IMG/VR virus record: IMGVR_UViG_3300045988_109352
Origin: a virus
Length of the DNA stretch: 64,000 nucleotides
Reading direction: 5' to 3' (one strand)
Shown here: positions 17,305 to 26,200 of the stretch, one piece after another
Numbering within the stretch: position 1 is the first letter of the stretch
Layout: every line of letters begins with the position of its first letter
Translations under genes and position numbers: made by a program
Notes under the pieces: model-generated
Seen by the model: the letters and a program-made list of their open reading frames with translations, nothing else
The model's database searches: none
Told to the model about the DNA's origin: nothing

Positions 17305-17524
17305 TAGAGTTTTGGCTTTGCTGGAAGAGAACAATGAAATTCTTAAAGAAATCAAGTCTAAGATTGAGATGTCTGAATCGGAGGAGTGCGTGACTAAGCG
17401 TACACTTCACGATTTCATCAACAATGTTGTTGCAGACCTCTTTGCGGATATGCTGTTGCAGCCTAAAGGCAGAGGTCACGTAAGTAGGGAAGATATTATG
17501 CAATTTATTAACAAAATGAAGTGA
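17288..17524 (+). CDS. hypothetical protein
   Basis: Start set at [14 protein letters not shown]; the upstream part of the ORF overlaps the previous gene. Confidence 0.5.
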   Translation: MEEKIDRVLALLEENNEILKEIKSKIEMSESEECVTKRTLHDFINNVVADLFADMLLQPKGRGHVSREDIMQFINKMK

Positions 17525-17525
17525 T

Positions 17526-18509
17526 ATGGAGAACAATTATGATTACAAGGACGAGATTATATCGTCCAGAGTTGGAGCATTAGGTGGCTCAGATGGAAAA
17601 GTACTTGCCGCCATAGCCAATAACGGTTGTGTTCAAAGAGGGCAAGTAGAGCGTCTTGCCATTGCCAAAGGTCTGTATGAAAGACCAAACATTACTAATC
17701 TTGCCATGCAGTACGGTGATTTCATAGAAAATATGATTTATGACAGCTTGGTGCAAGTAGATGAGCGTTGGGAGAGCAATAAATGCTTTAGAAGTCAGAA
17801 ATACGGGCGTGAAGGACTTGGTTTGCTCGTGCATATTGATTTCTCTCTTTTTGACGAGAGTAGGGATAAGCCATTGCTCTTATGGGTCGAATGTAAGGCT
17901 ACTACTACTGACATCGAGCAGACTTATAAAGATTATAAGGAACAACTTTATGTTGAGTATGTGCTTGGTAAGGAATTGGCAGAGCAGTTAGGTGCTGATT
18001 TTAAACTTGAACTTTGTCATTATGATGCTTCTGTCATGTTTGAGGACGAATCGCAGCTACAGTTTGCTTTTGACCCCGATAAGATAAGCAGAAAGAAGGT
18101 GATATTCAAGAAGCCAGTATTTGATATTGCTTCTGGAATGGATATTGCCGCCCAGTACGTGTCCGAAATGACTGAATACAAACGTGAGGAAATAGATTGG
18201 GATTATTTGCCTGCCGAGGTTCAAGAACAGATGAAGCAAGTAAACAACATTCTTGTTTCAATAAAGGAGAAGCAAGACAGCATAGAAGAGTTTAAATCCC
18301 GTTTCTATGATTTCTTGTGCAAGAATGAAATTAAGAGTGTAAAGACCCCCTATTTTACTATTAGTAGAGTAGATGAAGCCATATCTATGCAATTCGATAA
18401 GGTAAAGTTTGCGTCTGAGCATCCCGAACTGGTTGCTGAATACCAGAAGGAAGTCAAGAAGAAAGGTTATGTACTGATTAAGACTAAGGAGGTGAAGGAT
18501 GAAAAGTAA
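17526..18509 (+). CDS. YqaJ/lambda-Exo-like recombination exonuclease (PD-(D/E)xK)
   Basis: GALGGSDGKVLA N-terminal motif. HIDFSLFDE...LLWVECKATT gives the D..E.K signature. Close to recT (one membrane-protein ORF between). Confidence 0.7.
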   Translation: MENNYDYKDEIISSRVGALGGSDGKVLAAIANNGCVQRGQVERLAIAKGLYERPNITNLAMQYGDFIENMIYDSLVQVDERWESNKCFRSQKYGREGLGLLVHIDFSLFDESRDKPLLLWVECKATTTDIEQTYKDYKEQLYVEYVLGKELAEQLGADFKLELCHYDASVMFEDESQLQFAFDPDKISRKKVIFKKPVFDIASGMDIAAQYVSEMTEYKREEIDWDYLPAEVQEQMKQVNNILVSIKEKQDSIEEFKSRFYDFLCKNEIKSVKTPYFTISRVDEAISMQFDKVKFASEHPELVAEYQKEVKKKGYVLIKTKEVKDEK

Positions 18510-18921
18510 GATTATAAAGGCTGTGGGGAAAGAGATAGTTTCTCTCCTCTTTATCATATTGTCTATAATTGGTGTGCTTTGCATAGGACATTTTCTTTAC
18601 TCCATCAGTAATATGTTAGTATGGATAGTCTTAGGTATTCTTTTTTTAGGTTATATTGGCAGTGTAGTATATTCATGTATTGATGCTCCTGCCGTTTCCT
18701 ATTGGTACATTGTCTATTATCATAGTAGAGGTCAAGCTTCTTTATTTCTACCTAAAGAAGATGATTTTTTCAATGTGGAGTATTACCGTAATCTTATAGA
18801 GAAGGAAGCTGGGTATAGGGTTATGATTTTAGATTGGAAAGAATTTACAGAAGAACAATATCAATTAATTTTAAAAGAATATGAGCGAGAACAAAGTAAC
18901 GGGATTGCAAAGGCTGAATAG
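18499..18921 (+). CDS. membrane protein
   Basis: 140 aa with three N-terminal hydrophobic helices. Confidence 0.6.
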   Translation: MKSKIIKAVGKEIVSLLFIILSIIGVLCIGHFLYSISNMLVWIVLGILFLGYIGSVVYSCIDAPAVSYWYIVYYHSRGQASLFLPKEDDFFNVEYYRNLIEKEAGYRVMILDWKEFTEEQYQLILKEYEREQSNGIAKAE

Positions 18922-19729
18922 CTACATATCCCACAATGCAACCCAAGAGTATTTGAAAAAGGTATTGAGTGATAAAAAGGATGCTTTTGTAAGCAACTTG
19001 GTATCTTTAGTAGCTAACAATGCAAAATTGCAGGAATGTGAGCCAGCAACGCTTATGTATGGTGCTATTCGTGCTACTGCATCCGATTTGCCGCTTGACC
19101 CTGCTTTTGGTTGTGCTTATCTGATACCTTATAAGAACAATAAATTAGGTATTACAGAAGCGCAATTCCAGATTGGGTATAGAGCTTATGGGCAGTTGGC
19201 ATTACGGAGTGGACTGTTTAAGTGTATTAATGATACAGACGTAAGGGAAGGCGAGCTTGTAAATCGTAACCGATTGACGGGTCAAATAGATTTTAATTTT
19301 GAACAAGACGATAAAAGGCGTTCTGAACTTCCCATTATCGGTTATGTATCTTACTTCCAGCTTTTGAACGGATTTGAGAGCACATTATATATGTCAGTAG
19401 AGGAACTGAAAGCTCACGGTCTGCGCTATTCGCAGACATATAGAAGTCAGTATGCTAATGTGCGTGATAGTTCAAAATGGGTAACTGATTTCCATGAAAT
19501 GTGCCGGAAGACTGTAATTAAGTTGCACTTATCTCGAAAAGCTCCATTGTCAGTCGAAATGCAGAATGCCATACGGGACGACCAAGCTGTATTCCGTAGT
19601 GCAGATACTCCGGAATATGTAGATACCACTGGTGACGAGCCTTTGATTGACAAGGATAAAGCTTCAAAGGTAGCAGCAATGTTTGATGATGCTAAAATAG
19701 TTGATGAAAACGTTGGTAGCAAGAAGTAA
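18881..19729 (+). CDS. recT: RecT-family single-strand annealing protein
   Basis: LPLDPAFGCAYLIPYKNNKLGITEAQFQIGYRAYGQLALRSG matches the RecT core. Paired with an exonuclease. Confidence 0.8.
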   Translation: MSENKVTGLQRLNSYISHNATQEYLKKVLSDKKDAFVSNLVSLVANNAKLQECEPATLMYGAIRATASDLPLDPAFGCAYLIPYKNNKLGITEAQFQIGYRAYGQLALRSGLFKCINDTDVREGELVNRNRLTGQIDFNFEQDDKRRSELPIIGYVSYFQLLNGFESTLYMSVEELKAHGLRYSQTYRSQYANVRDSSKWVTDFHEMCRKTVIKLHLSRKAPLSVEMQNAIRDDQAVFRSADTPEYVDTTGDEPLIDKDKASKVAAMFDDAKIVDENVGSKK

Positions 19730-19793
19730 TATGCTTATATTTGCACAGTAATACGTGACGTGCGTGTTGCGACCAACTTCATATCATTTGGGG

Positions 19794-19824
19794 AAGCCTC
19801 GGTTAATCCGAGGCTTTTTCTTTT
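19794..19824 (+). terminator. intrinsic terminator
   Basis: AAGCCTCGG-TTAAT-CCGAGGCTT followed by TTTCTTTT. Confidence 0.7.
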
Positions 19825-19843
19825 GAAGTTAAAAAAAAGTTTG

Positions 19844-19851
19844 TATCTTTG
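19844..19851 (+). promoter_or_regulatory. -7 promoter box TATCTTTG
   Basis: Exact TAnnTTTG 23 nt upstream of ATG 19874. Confidence 0.5.
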
Positions 19852-19873
19852 TGGAAATTTAAAATCTAATGAT

Positions 19874-20362
19874 ATGAGCAAGATTTACGTTGGTTTGGAT
19901 AATGGCGTTTCCGGCAGCATCGGTATTGTCGGAGATGATATTGAATCCGTTTTTGTCAAGACACCCGTCAAAAAAGTACAAGATTATACAAAGGCAAAGA
20001 AAGAAGTGTCCCGGTTGGATTACAGCAAATTTATGGAACTGTTTTCCAAATACAACAAGAATGACATTACGCTTCTGATGGAGCGTCCTCTTGTAAATCC
20101 AAGCCGCTTTGCATCTACTGCATCAGCGTTACGTTGCCATGAGGCAGAACTTATTATGATTGAAGTAATGGGTATTCGCCACATGTTTGTAGATTCTAAG
20201 GAATGGCAAAAAGAACTTCTTCCAAAGGGCTGTAGTGGGGAAGAGCTTAAAAAAGCTTCTTTAGATATAGGGAACCGCTTGTTTCCACAGTTTGATAATA
20301 TTAAACACCCAGATAGAGATGGCATTCTAATTGCAGAATATGCCCGACGCAACCACTTTTAG
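19874..20362 (+). CDS. RuvC-like Holliday-junction resolvase
   Basis: Start at MSKIYVGLDNGVSGSIG (catalytic Asp). C-terminal HPDRDGILIAEYARR. The longer ORF start lies inside the terminator and is rejected. Confidence 0.6.
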   Translation: MSKIYVGLDNGVSGSIGIVGDDIESVFVKTPVKKVQDYTKAKKEVSRLDYSKFMELFSKYNKNDITLLMERPLVNPSRFASTASALRCHEAELIMIEVMGIRHMFVDSKEWQKELLPKGCSGEELKKASLDIGNRLFPQFDNIKHPDRDGILIAEYARRNHF

Positions 20363-20393
20363 TTTTTTTACTTCATAAATTAGTTATTCGTGT

Positions 20394-20430
20394 AAGCCGT
20401 AGTGTTCCAATACATTACGGCTTTTTATTT
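20394..20430 (+). terminator. intrinsic terminator
   Basis: AAGCCGTA-N14-TACGGCTT followed by TTTTATTT. Confidence 0.6.
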
Positions 20431-20501
20431 GGACTTCGTAAAGTTCATTCGGTTCTCCGCGTGAATAGGGCTTACTTTGCACAAACCAAAACAATACTTG
20501 T

Positions 20502-20654
20502 ATGGGAAAACCGAAGAAAGAAACAGTTAGGAAATTGAGGGGTCTTATGATATTAGACCAAATGGAAGATTATACTCCTTTACATAAGCTACACAATCTT
20601 TCCAACGAATTGATAGAAACAGTTTCAAAAACTAAAAAGAAGAAGTCCTTATGA
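20502..20654 (+). CDS. small basic protein (50 aa)
   Basis: Hand-translated MGKPKKETVRKLRGLMILDQMEDYTPLHKLHNLSNELIETVSKTKKKKSL. ATGA overlap with the next gene. Confidence 0.4.
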   Translation: MGKPKKETVRKLRGLMILDQMEDYTPLHKLHNLSNELIETVSKTKKKKSL

Positions 20655-20950
20655 GAATTATCAATCTTTATCAAGAAACACTCGGCATTGTAAGTGATTG
20701 TTGCAAGGTCAGCAAAGAAAAAATCATATCCTCAAAGAAGGAGGAATGTGTGAATGCTCGTTATATTCTTGTCAGCATCTTGGGAGAATGGTACACAGAC
20801 AATGAGATAGCCGAGCTTACTGGCTTATCTCGTCCTTGTACAAATAAGATTAGGAACAAGTTCAAATCTCGTCTTAAACGTTACAATGTCAACTGCCAGT
20901 ATCAAGAAGCTAAAGAAAGAGCGTTTACGGTGTTCCGAAATGGCGATTAG
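20651..20950 (+). CDS. small HTH protein (DnaA C-terminal-like / sigma region-4-like)
   Basis: ECVNARYILVSILGEWYTDNEIAELTGLSRPCTNKIRNKF resembles the DnaA domain IV HTH. Confidence 0.45.
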   Translation: MRIINLYQETLGIVSDCCKVSKEKIISSKKEECVNARYILVSILGEWYTDNEIAELTGLSRPCTNKIRNKFKSRLKRYNVNCQYQEAKERAFTVFRNGD

Positions 20951-21048
20951 TTCCGAACTTGATACAAACTATTCTTTTAGTAACAAACTTCACCGTTAAT
21001 TTGTCAAGCCCTAATATTGGGGCAATTAACAATTAAAAGTAAAGATAT

Positions 21049-21957
21049 ATGGAATCAAAAACAGTTGTGTACACCCCCGAAGCTGGTGGTGGTAACAGTG
21101 GAATGATGGCTATGCTTGCCCCTCTGTTGCAGCAGAAAGGTATTGACCCTAACTTGTTGGTTGCTATGAACGGTAAGAATGGCAATAACGGTTTTGGTGG
21201 AGATGGTTCATGGTTTATGTGGATAATCTTCTTGTTCTTCTTGTTCCCGTTGTTCGGACGTAACGGATGGGGTGGCAATGATGGCGGCTGTGGCGGTGGT
21301 GCTGGTGCTCCCGGATTGGCTGGTCTTATCAACAACGATAATGGTCGTGAGTTACTTATGAGCGCAATTCAAGGCAACGGTCAAGCTATCAACAATCTGG
21401 CTACTAACTTGAACTGTTCAGTAGGTCAGATTCAGCAAGCTATCAACGGTGTAAGTGCTAAAGTTGCAGAAGTTGGCTGTCAAGTAGGTATGTCCTCACA
21501 ACAGATTATCAACTCAATCCAAGCTGGTAACTGTCAGATAGCTAACCAAATGGCACAGTGCTGCTGCGATGTGAAGGGAGCAATCCAACAGCAGGGTTAC
21601 GAAAACCGCATTGCTACAATCAACCAGACAGATGATTTGAAGTCTAATGCTAATACTCAGTTCAATATTCTGGGTGCTAAGATTGACGCTCAAACTCAGA
21701 TTATCAATGATAAGTTCTGTCAGCTTGAAATGCGCGAAATGCAGAATAAGATTGATACATTACGTGCTGAGAAATCGGCATTGGAGCTTAGTGCATCACA
21801 GCAAGCACAAACAGCTAATATCGTAAATCAGCTTCGCACTCCTGCGCCCATTCCAGCTTATTGTGTGCCGAACCCTAACTGTTGCTATGGCTATCCGTTT
21901 GTGAACGCCTATGCTACTGGTTATGCGGCAGGCGAAGGCTGTGGCTGCGGTTGCTAA
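21049..21957 (+). CDS. Gly/Cys/Gln-rich membrane-anchored protein of unknown function
   Basis: 302 aa. Gly-rich N-terminus, one TM helix (WFMWIIFLFFLFPLF), GWGGNDGGCGGGAGAPG, Q/N-rich coiled region with spaced Cys and a CCC triplet, ends GEGCGCGC. Confidence 0.7.
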   Translation: MESKTVVYTPEAGGGNSGMMAMLAPLLQQKGIDPNLLVAMNGKNGNNGFGGDGSWFMWIIFLFFLFPLFGRNGWGGNDGGCGGGAGAPGLAGLINNDNGRELLMSAIQGNGQAINNLATNLNCSVGQIQQAINGVSAKVAEVGCQVGMSSQQIINSIQAGNCQIANQMAQCCCDVKGAIQQQGYENRIATINQTDDLKSNANTQFNILGAKIDAQTQIINDKFCQLEMREMQNKIDTLRAEKSALELSASQQAQTANIVNQLRTPAPIPAYCVPNPNCCYGYPFVNAYATGYAAGEGCGCGC

Positions 21958-22012
21958 TAATCCATAGGGGGCTTTGTGTCCCCTATAATATTAACTCTTA
22001 AAATAAAGGAAT

Positions 22013-22555
22013 ATGACTACCTATTTTAACAATGGTGTTTCCGTAGCGAGAAGGGTAATTGTACCCAAAATAGACGTTGCAGGCATTCCCGTAATTGAAA
22101 CTTCGGGATATGTAGAAACTACAGATGAAGCTACTCCTACAGTAGATTATGGAATTAACCCATGTATCTGGCGTGCCCTTCCAAACCGTACAGTAGTTCT
22201 TTGGAAAGTTCGTCACCCGGTTAGTACAGCAGGAGCTACATTACCCGTTAATGTAGTTGTTCCGATGGCAAACCGAAACAGTACAGTAGTTTCAGAGAAT
22301 AGCAATGTGGGAACGACTAAAATTCCAGTTATTGACAATAAGTCTACGCAAGTTCAAGGTCACGATGTAACTGTTCCACAAGGTACAGCCGCACCAGCAC
22401 CACAAGTTCAAGCAGGATATACTACCGAACATTGGGTCTATATTGACAAATGCTGTGGAATATTCAGACTTATGGGAGTAACCGCAATCAACAGTCCGGC
22501 AGAAGCGGCAGTACCTAATCAGTCTGCATCTGCTTCATCCGCAAAGAGTAAGTAA
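22013..22555 (+). CDS. hypothetical protein
   Basis: 180-aa ORF. Confidence 0.65.
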   Translation: MTTYFNNGVSVARRVIVPKIDVAGIPVIETSGYVETTDEATPTVDYGINPCIWRALPNRTVVLWKVRHPVSTAGATLPVNVVVPMANRNSTVVSENSNVGTTKIPVIDNKSTQVQGHDVTVPQGTAAPAPQVQAGYTTEHWVYIDKCCGIFRLMGVTAINSPAEAAVPNQSASASSAKSK

Positions 22556-22573
22556 CAATTAAAAGTTTAGACT

Positions 22574-23107
22574 ATGTTTGGTTCATTAAAGCAAGGGAAT
22601 ATTTGCTATATTCTTATCAAAGGTGAGAAACCAATATTGAAGATAGGAACGGTTGAATCCGTATCTAATCCTATGCCTAAATATCCTACCTATAATCCTT
22701 CTGTGCCTTTTGGAGCACAGCAGGAAACAGTTATAGATGCGAAGATAAAGGCTGGTGAAGAGGTTATGGAATTTCAGAAACTTCCTACAAATGTGGAGGT
22801 ATTTACCTATTCTAATGCTATTGTGTCGGACAAGAAGGAAGCAATTCTTTCAGAGGTTGAGAATATGATTCAGACCAGCCGTCAGATAGTGGAAAGCAGA
22901 GATTACCATCAATCTGTAATAGAAAGCTGCGATGATATATTGAAACAACTCAATCCTCAGTTTGCCAAAGAGAAACAGCAGGAAGAGAAAATCGGTTCTT
23001 TAGAATCAGAAGTTAAATCTTTAAAAGGTGATTTGAATGACATCAAGTCCCTGCTTCAAGAACTGAATAGTTCTAACAGAAACAGTAAAACAACATCTAA
23101 AACGTAA
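22574..23107 (+). CDS. hypothetical protein with C-terminal coiled coil
   Basis: 177 aa. Shares the 13-nt leader AACAATTAAAAGT with 21049. Confidence 0.65.
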   Translation: MFGSLKQGNICYILIKGEKPILKIGTVESVSNPMPKYPTYNPSVPFGAQQETVIDAKIKAGEEVMEFQKLPTNVEVFTYSNAIVSDKKEAILSEVENMIQTSRQIVESRDYHQSVIESCDDILKQLNPQFAKEKQQEEKIGSLESEVKSLKGDLNDIKSLLQELNSSNRNSKTTSKT

Positions 23108-23112
23108 ATAGT

Positions 23113-23346
23113 ATGGGAATGATAGAAATTTCTCAAAGAGGTCGTGGTGGTGTCAAAGATGCCTACGATAACTTCAAAGAGAGCATGAAGTGCTTGAAGG
23201 AAGACTTTGAAACCCTTTTGGACGAAATGGAAGAAATGGGTGAACGTCGTGAAGATTACGGACGCGAGTACGATAGAGACTACGACCGTGATTATGACCG
23301 GGAAGACCGTATGAGCGAGCGTAGAGGTCGCCGTCGCCGTCGTTGA
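23113..23346 (+). CDS. highly charged small protein with Arg-rich tail
   Basis: 77 aa, DYDRDYDRDYDRED repeat and C-terminal RRGRRRRR. Confidence 0.6.
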   Translation: MGMIEISQRGRGGVKDAYDNFKESMKCLKEDFETLLDEMEEMGERREDYGREYDRDYDRDYDREDRMSERRGRRRRR

Positions 23347-23357
23347 TAATGTAGTAG

Positions 23358-23387
23358 AGGGGAGGAGATTATTCTCCCCTTTTGTTT
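23358..23387 (+). terminator. intrinsic terminator
   Basis: AGGGGAG-N9-CTCCCCT followed by TTTGTTT. Confidence 0.6.
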
Positions 23388-23408
23388 AACTAATAAATAT
23401 TCAGTAAA

Positions 23409-23816
23409 ATGGGAAATACTTCATTTGATGTATATGACAATATACCAGAAGAAATGCGGACGTATCTTCAAAACTATGGCTTTAATTTCAGTGAAAAAAT
23501 GTGTGATTGGGCAGTTTCAATGATGAAGACTAAAGAGGGTAAGATAACTCCTATTACTAAAGACCAAGTTACAGCCATGCTTAAAAAGTATAACATTACT
23601 CTTGAAAAGGATAATGGCTATAATAGTGTGTATGTTGCGAATATGGCAAAAGCTCATTATTTGGGCAAAAGCATTCCCAACGAACAATACCATGCAACAT
23701 TCATTCGCGATTATATTGACGACCCGGATTACCCTACAACGGAGAAAGCTTTCCGTCATTTCTTCGCAGACATGATGGGCATGGGAAAAGTAATTAATTG
23801 GAAGGATATGCTCTAA
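23409..23816 (+). CDS. hypothetical protein
   Basis: 135-aa ORF. Confidence 0.65.
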   Translation: MGNTSFDVYDNIPEEMRTYLQNYGFNFSEKMCDWAVSMMKTKEGKITPITKDQVTAMLKKYNITLEKDNGYNSVYVANMAKAHYLGKSIPNEQYHATFIRDYIDDPDYPTTEKAFRHFFADMMGMGKVINWKDML

Positions 23817-23827
23817 ATATTCCTTTT

Positions 23828-24292
23828 ATGAAACGACAAGAGCTTTATATCGAAAAATATGATTGGCATATATTGCTGTTCTTGGACTACAGTTGTGATT
23901 ATTTGGATGAAGTCTTGGATGCAATGGATAAGTTGAAATGTGGCAGTAAAAGTTATGATATTGCTTATGACAACTTGTCCTCTTGCAGCATAAATACTGG
24001 GCTTACATTCAGTGACTACATCAGTAGGACATCTGTCATTGTAATTAGTATAACCAACTCTGAAAAAGAGTTTCTTAAATCATATCACCATGAATTGGGA
24101 CATTGTGCCGTTCATATCTGCCAATTCTACGGTATTCCATTAGAAGGGGAAGAAGTACAGTATTTAGGTCAAGATTTGGTAGATAGGACATGGGACATAG
24201 CTAAGATTTTCTTATGTGATTGTGACTGTTGTAAAAATAAAAGAAATGAAAAGAAAAGAGATTTTGAAGGCAATGAAAGCCATGAAAAGTGA
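23828..24292 (+). CDS. putative zinc metallopeptidase-like protein (HExxH)
   Basis: YHHELGHCAVH contains HExxH. Start set at MKRQELY to avoid overlap. Confidence 0.4.
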   Translation: MKRQELYIEKYDWHILLFLDYSCDYLDEVLDAMDKLKCGSKSYDIAYDNLSSCSINTGLTFSDYISRTSVIVISITNSEKEFLKSYHHELGHCAVHICQFYGIPLEGEEVQYLGQDLVDRTWDIAKIFLCDCDCCKNKRNEKKRDFEGNESHEK

Positions 24293-24431
24293 GAAACCGA
24301 TTAATTCCATGTATAGAATGATACCTAAGTCACGCATGGACGAGTTTAAACGCTTCGCAGCTATCTTTGGATTTACTGAGGAGAATATAGAGAATATCTT
24401 GTCGAAGGAAAAAGAAATGGTGGGCAAGTAA
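24246..24431 (+). CDS. hypothetical small protein
   Basis: ORF overlaps the previous gene; start uncertain. Confidence 0.4.
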   Translation: MKRKEILKAMKAMKSEKPINSMYRMIPKSRMDEFKRFAAIFGFTEENIENILSKEKEMVGK

Positions 24432-24456
24432 CCCACCACAACTTTGCATTTGAGAG

Positions 24457-24855
24457 CTAAGTAGGCTTCTTCAAGCTTACCATACTTTTAACTATCATCC
24501 ATTTATCTCGGTAAAAGCTGTTGGATGATATAAGTTCCTGCATGTTTGATATTCCTTGGTATATACTACTTGTAACAAATATAGCATCATCAATAGATAC
24601 TTCTTGTGCTATTGTTTCATAGTCTTTTTTACAGACTTCTCTTAATACATACCAATAGAACCATCTTGCATAAACTATATCTTTACTTCTGTCTTTAGAA
24701 AGCATATCAGCCCTATCTACACCGAATAGGCTGGCGACAAAATATGACAATGAAATTTCCCAATTCATATCATATTTCCTAAGAATGTCACACACTTCTT
24801 TGAGTGTCTTGTCTTTCATATTGATAAAATCGTTTTTAAGTTTTTGGCAATTCAT
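24457..24855 (-). CDS. small HTH protein (DnaA C-terminal-like)
   Basis: DMLSKDRSKDIVYARWFYWYVLREVCKKDYETIAQEV resembles the DnaA domain IV pattern. Confidence 0.45.
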   Translation of the reverse strand: MNCQKLKNDFINMKDKTLKEVCDILRKYDMNWEISLSYFVASLFGVDRADMLSKDRSKDIVYARWFYWYVLREVCKKDYETIAQEVSIDDAIFVTSSIYQGISNMQELISSNSFYRDKWMIVKSMVSLKKPT

Positions 24856-25273
24856 GGTTTTTCTCTTTCATTATTTGGTTAATTCTCTTTATCAAGGGTT
24901 GTTCAGTAGTTCTGCTTACAATCATACATAAGGATTTCATCTCTTTTGTTTCCCAGCTTGCAAGTAGTTCAAACCGAAAGGATGCAAGGTAAAAATATCC
25001 CTTATATGAAACGTTTGGAAAAGGTTTTCCCGTATAAAAAGCATTGCATTCTATAAATGGTCGAGGTTTAATGTCATTAAATGTACAAGTCTTTTCATCA
25101 AACACCTTCTCTATGGCTCTTTGCACACAGATAAATGGTTTTCCCTTATCATCTTTCCAAAAAGTAGCATTTACATCAAAGTGAATACCTTCTACATTCA
25201 GCCAGCCAGCTAATCCTTTCGTAGTATTCTTGACATAACCTTTATTTCTCTGATTTCTCCACTCCATAGCCAT
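24836..25273 (-). CDS. hypothetical protein
   Basis: 145-aa ORF co-oriented in a three-gene minus-strand island. Confidence 0.6.
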   Translation of the reverse strand: MAMEWRNQRNKGYVKNTTKGLAGWLNVEGIHFDVNATFWKDDKGKPFICVQRAIEKVFDEKTCTFNDIKPRPFIECNAFYTGKPFPNVSYKGYFYLASFRFELLASWETKEMKSLCMIVSRTTEQPLIKRINQIMKEKNHELPKT

Positions 25274-25982
25274 ACAAACTAAAATCTAACCTTGCAGGGT
25301 CAGAAGGAAATATTTTTTTTGCAAATTCAGTCACTTTTATGCAAGTCTTTCTTGATTCATCTACTTTAGGAATAATCCCAAATTCGACTGCCGACTGCAA
25401 AGAATGTGTATCACAAGGAACAAGAAGTCGAGAAGGTGATAGAGTTTTCCATAATCCAATATCAACTACACTATCCTTCCTTATCATCCATCTAAGCATC
25501 ATATTTACTCTTTTATTTGCACAATTACTGTTTGGACTGGGTATCATTGTTTCACCATGCAATAAATGGCACAGTCCTTGGCAATAGTATGTGCATTTCT
25601 GAGAATAAGTAACACGTCCAAGAGCGTCTTCAAGATTAGGGTACTTCATATAAATGGAATGAAGTTTATCACAAAGGGAAGCAAAGCAATGCCAAGAAGT
25701 CATACGGTATAAGCTCGTATAATTATCCTTGTATTTATTCCATTCCACGCCATATATATACTGAAAAGGCTTATTCCCCATTATCTCTGTAAGAATATAG
25801 TCTATTTTTGGAATGAATACCGAGCGCCTGCCATAAGCAAGCCAAGCTGCTATGACTGCCGCTACTTCGATGTCTTTTCTATCCTTAAATCTTCGTGGAA
25901 ATTGTATAGGGTCAGACTTGATAAAACTCTCTACCTCATACTTTTCTGCAAGGTCAATGTAATCTCTAAACTTCATATTCAT
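25242..25982 (-). CDS. TIGR02757/DUF2400-like family protein (function unknown)
   Basis: N-terminus FIKSDPIQFPRRFKDRKDIEVAAVIAAWLAYGRR and overall size recall this family; recognition is from memory only. Confidence 0.45.
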   Translation of the reverse strand: MNMKFRDYIDLAEKYEVESFIKSDPIQFPRRFKDRKDIEVAAVIAAWLAYGRRSVFIPKIDYILTEIMGNKPFQYIYGVEWNKYKDNYTSLYRMTSWHCFASLCDKLHSIYMKYPNLEDALGRVTYSQKCTYYCQGLCHLLHGETMIPSPNSNCANKRVNMMLRWMIRKDSVVDIGLWKTLSPSRLLVPCDTHSLQSAVEFGIIPKVDESRKTCIKVTEFAKKIFPSDPARLDFSLYGYGVEKSEK

Positions 25983-25994
25983 ATCAATTTGTTA

Positions 25995-26200
25995 TGTGCA
26001 AAAGTGAACTACCCACGAACTAAAGATTCGTGGGCTTCCGACTTCACAGAGGAATGCCCTTTCAAAAGATTAGGTCTTCTATCCTCTCCATCGGTGTAAT
26101 CGGCAGTCCCTGCCGATATATTATTTAATCCTAATTTTAGGATATTGATAGCAGCATTTACATCTCTATTATGATGTGTACCGCAAGATGGGCAACCCCA
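25995..26200 (-). ncRNA. predicted omega-RNA scaffold of tnpB (3' end of ORF plus RE hairpin); limits approximate
   Basis: The tnpB ORF tail ...[17 protein letters not shown] is encoded by the RE hairpin region, a typical signature of the guide-RNA segment. Confidence 0.45.

Noticed and set aside
21033-21335. 100-aa Pro-rich ORF on the minus strand
   Set aside because: It is the mirror image of the Gly-rich (GGN) codons of the plus-strand gene 21049-21957. This is an antisense artefact.
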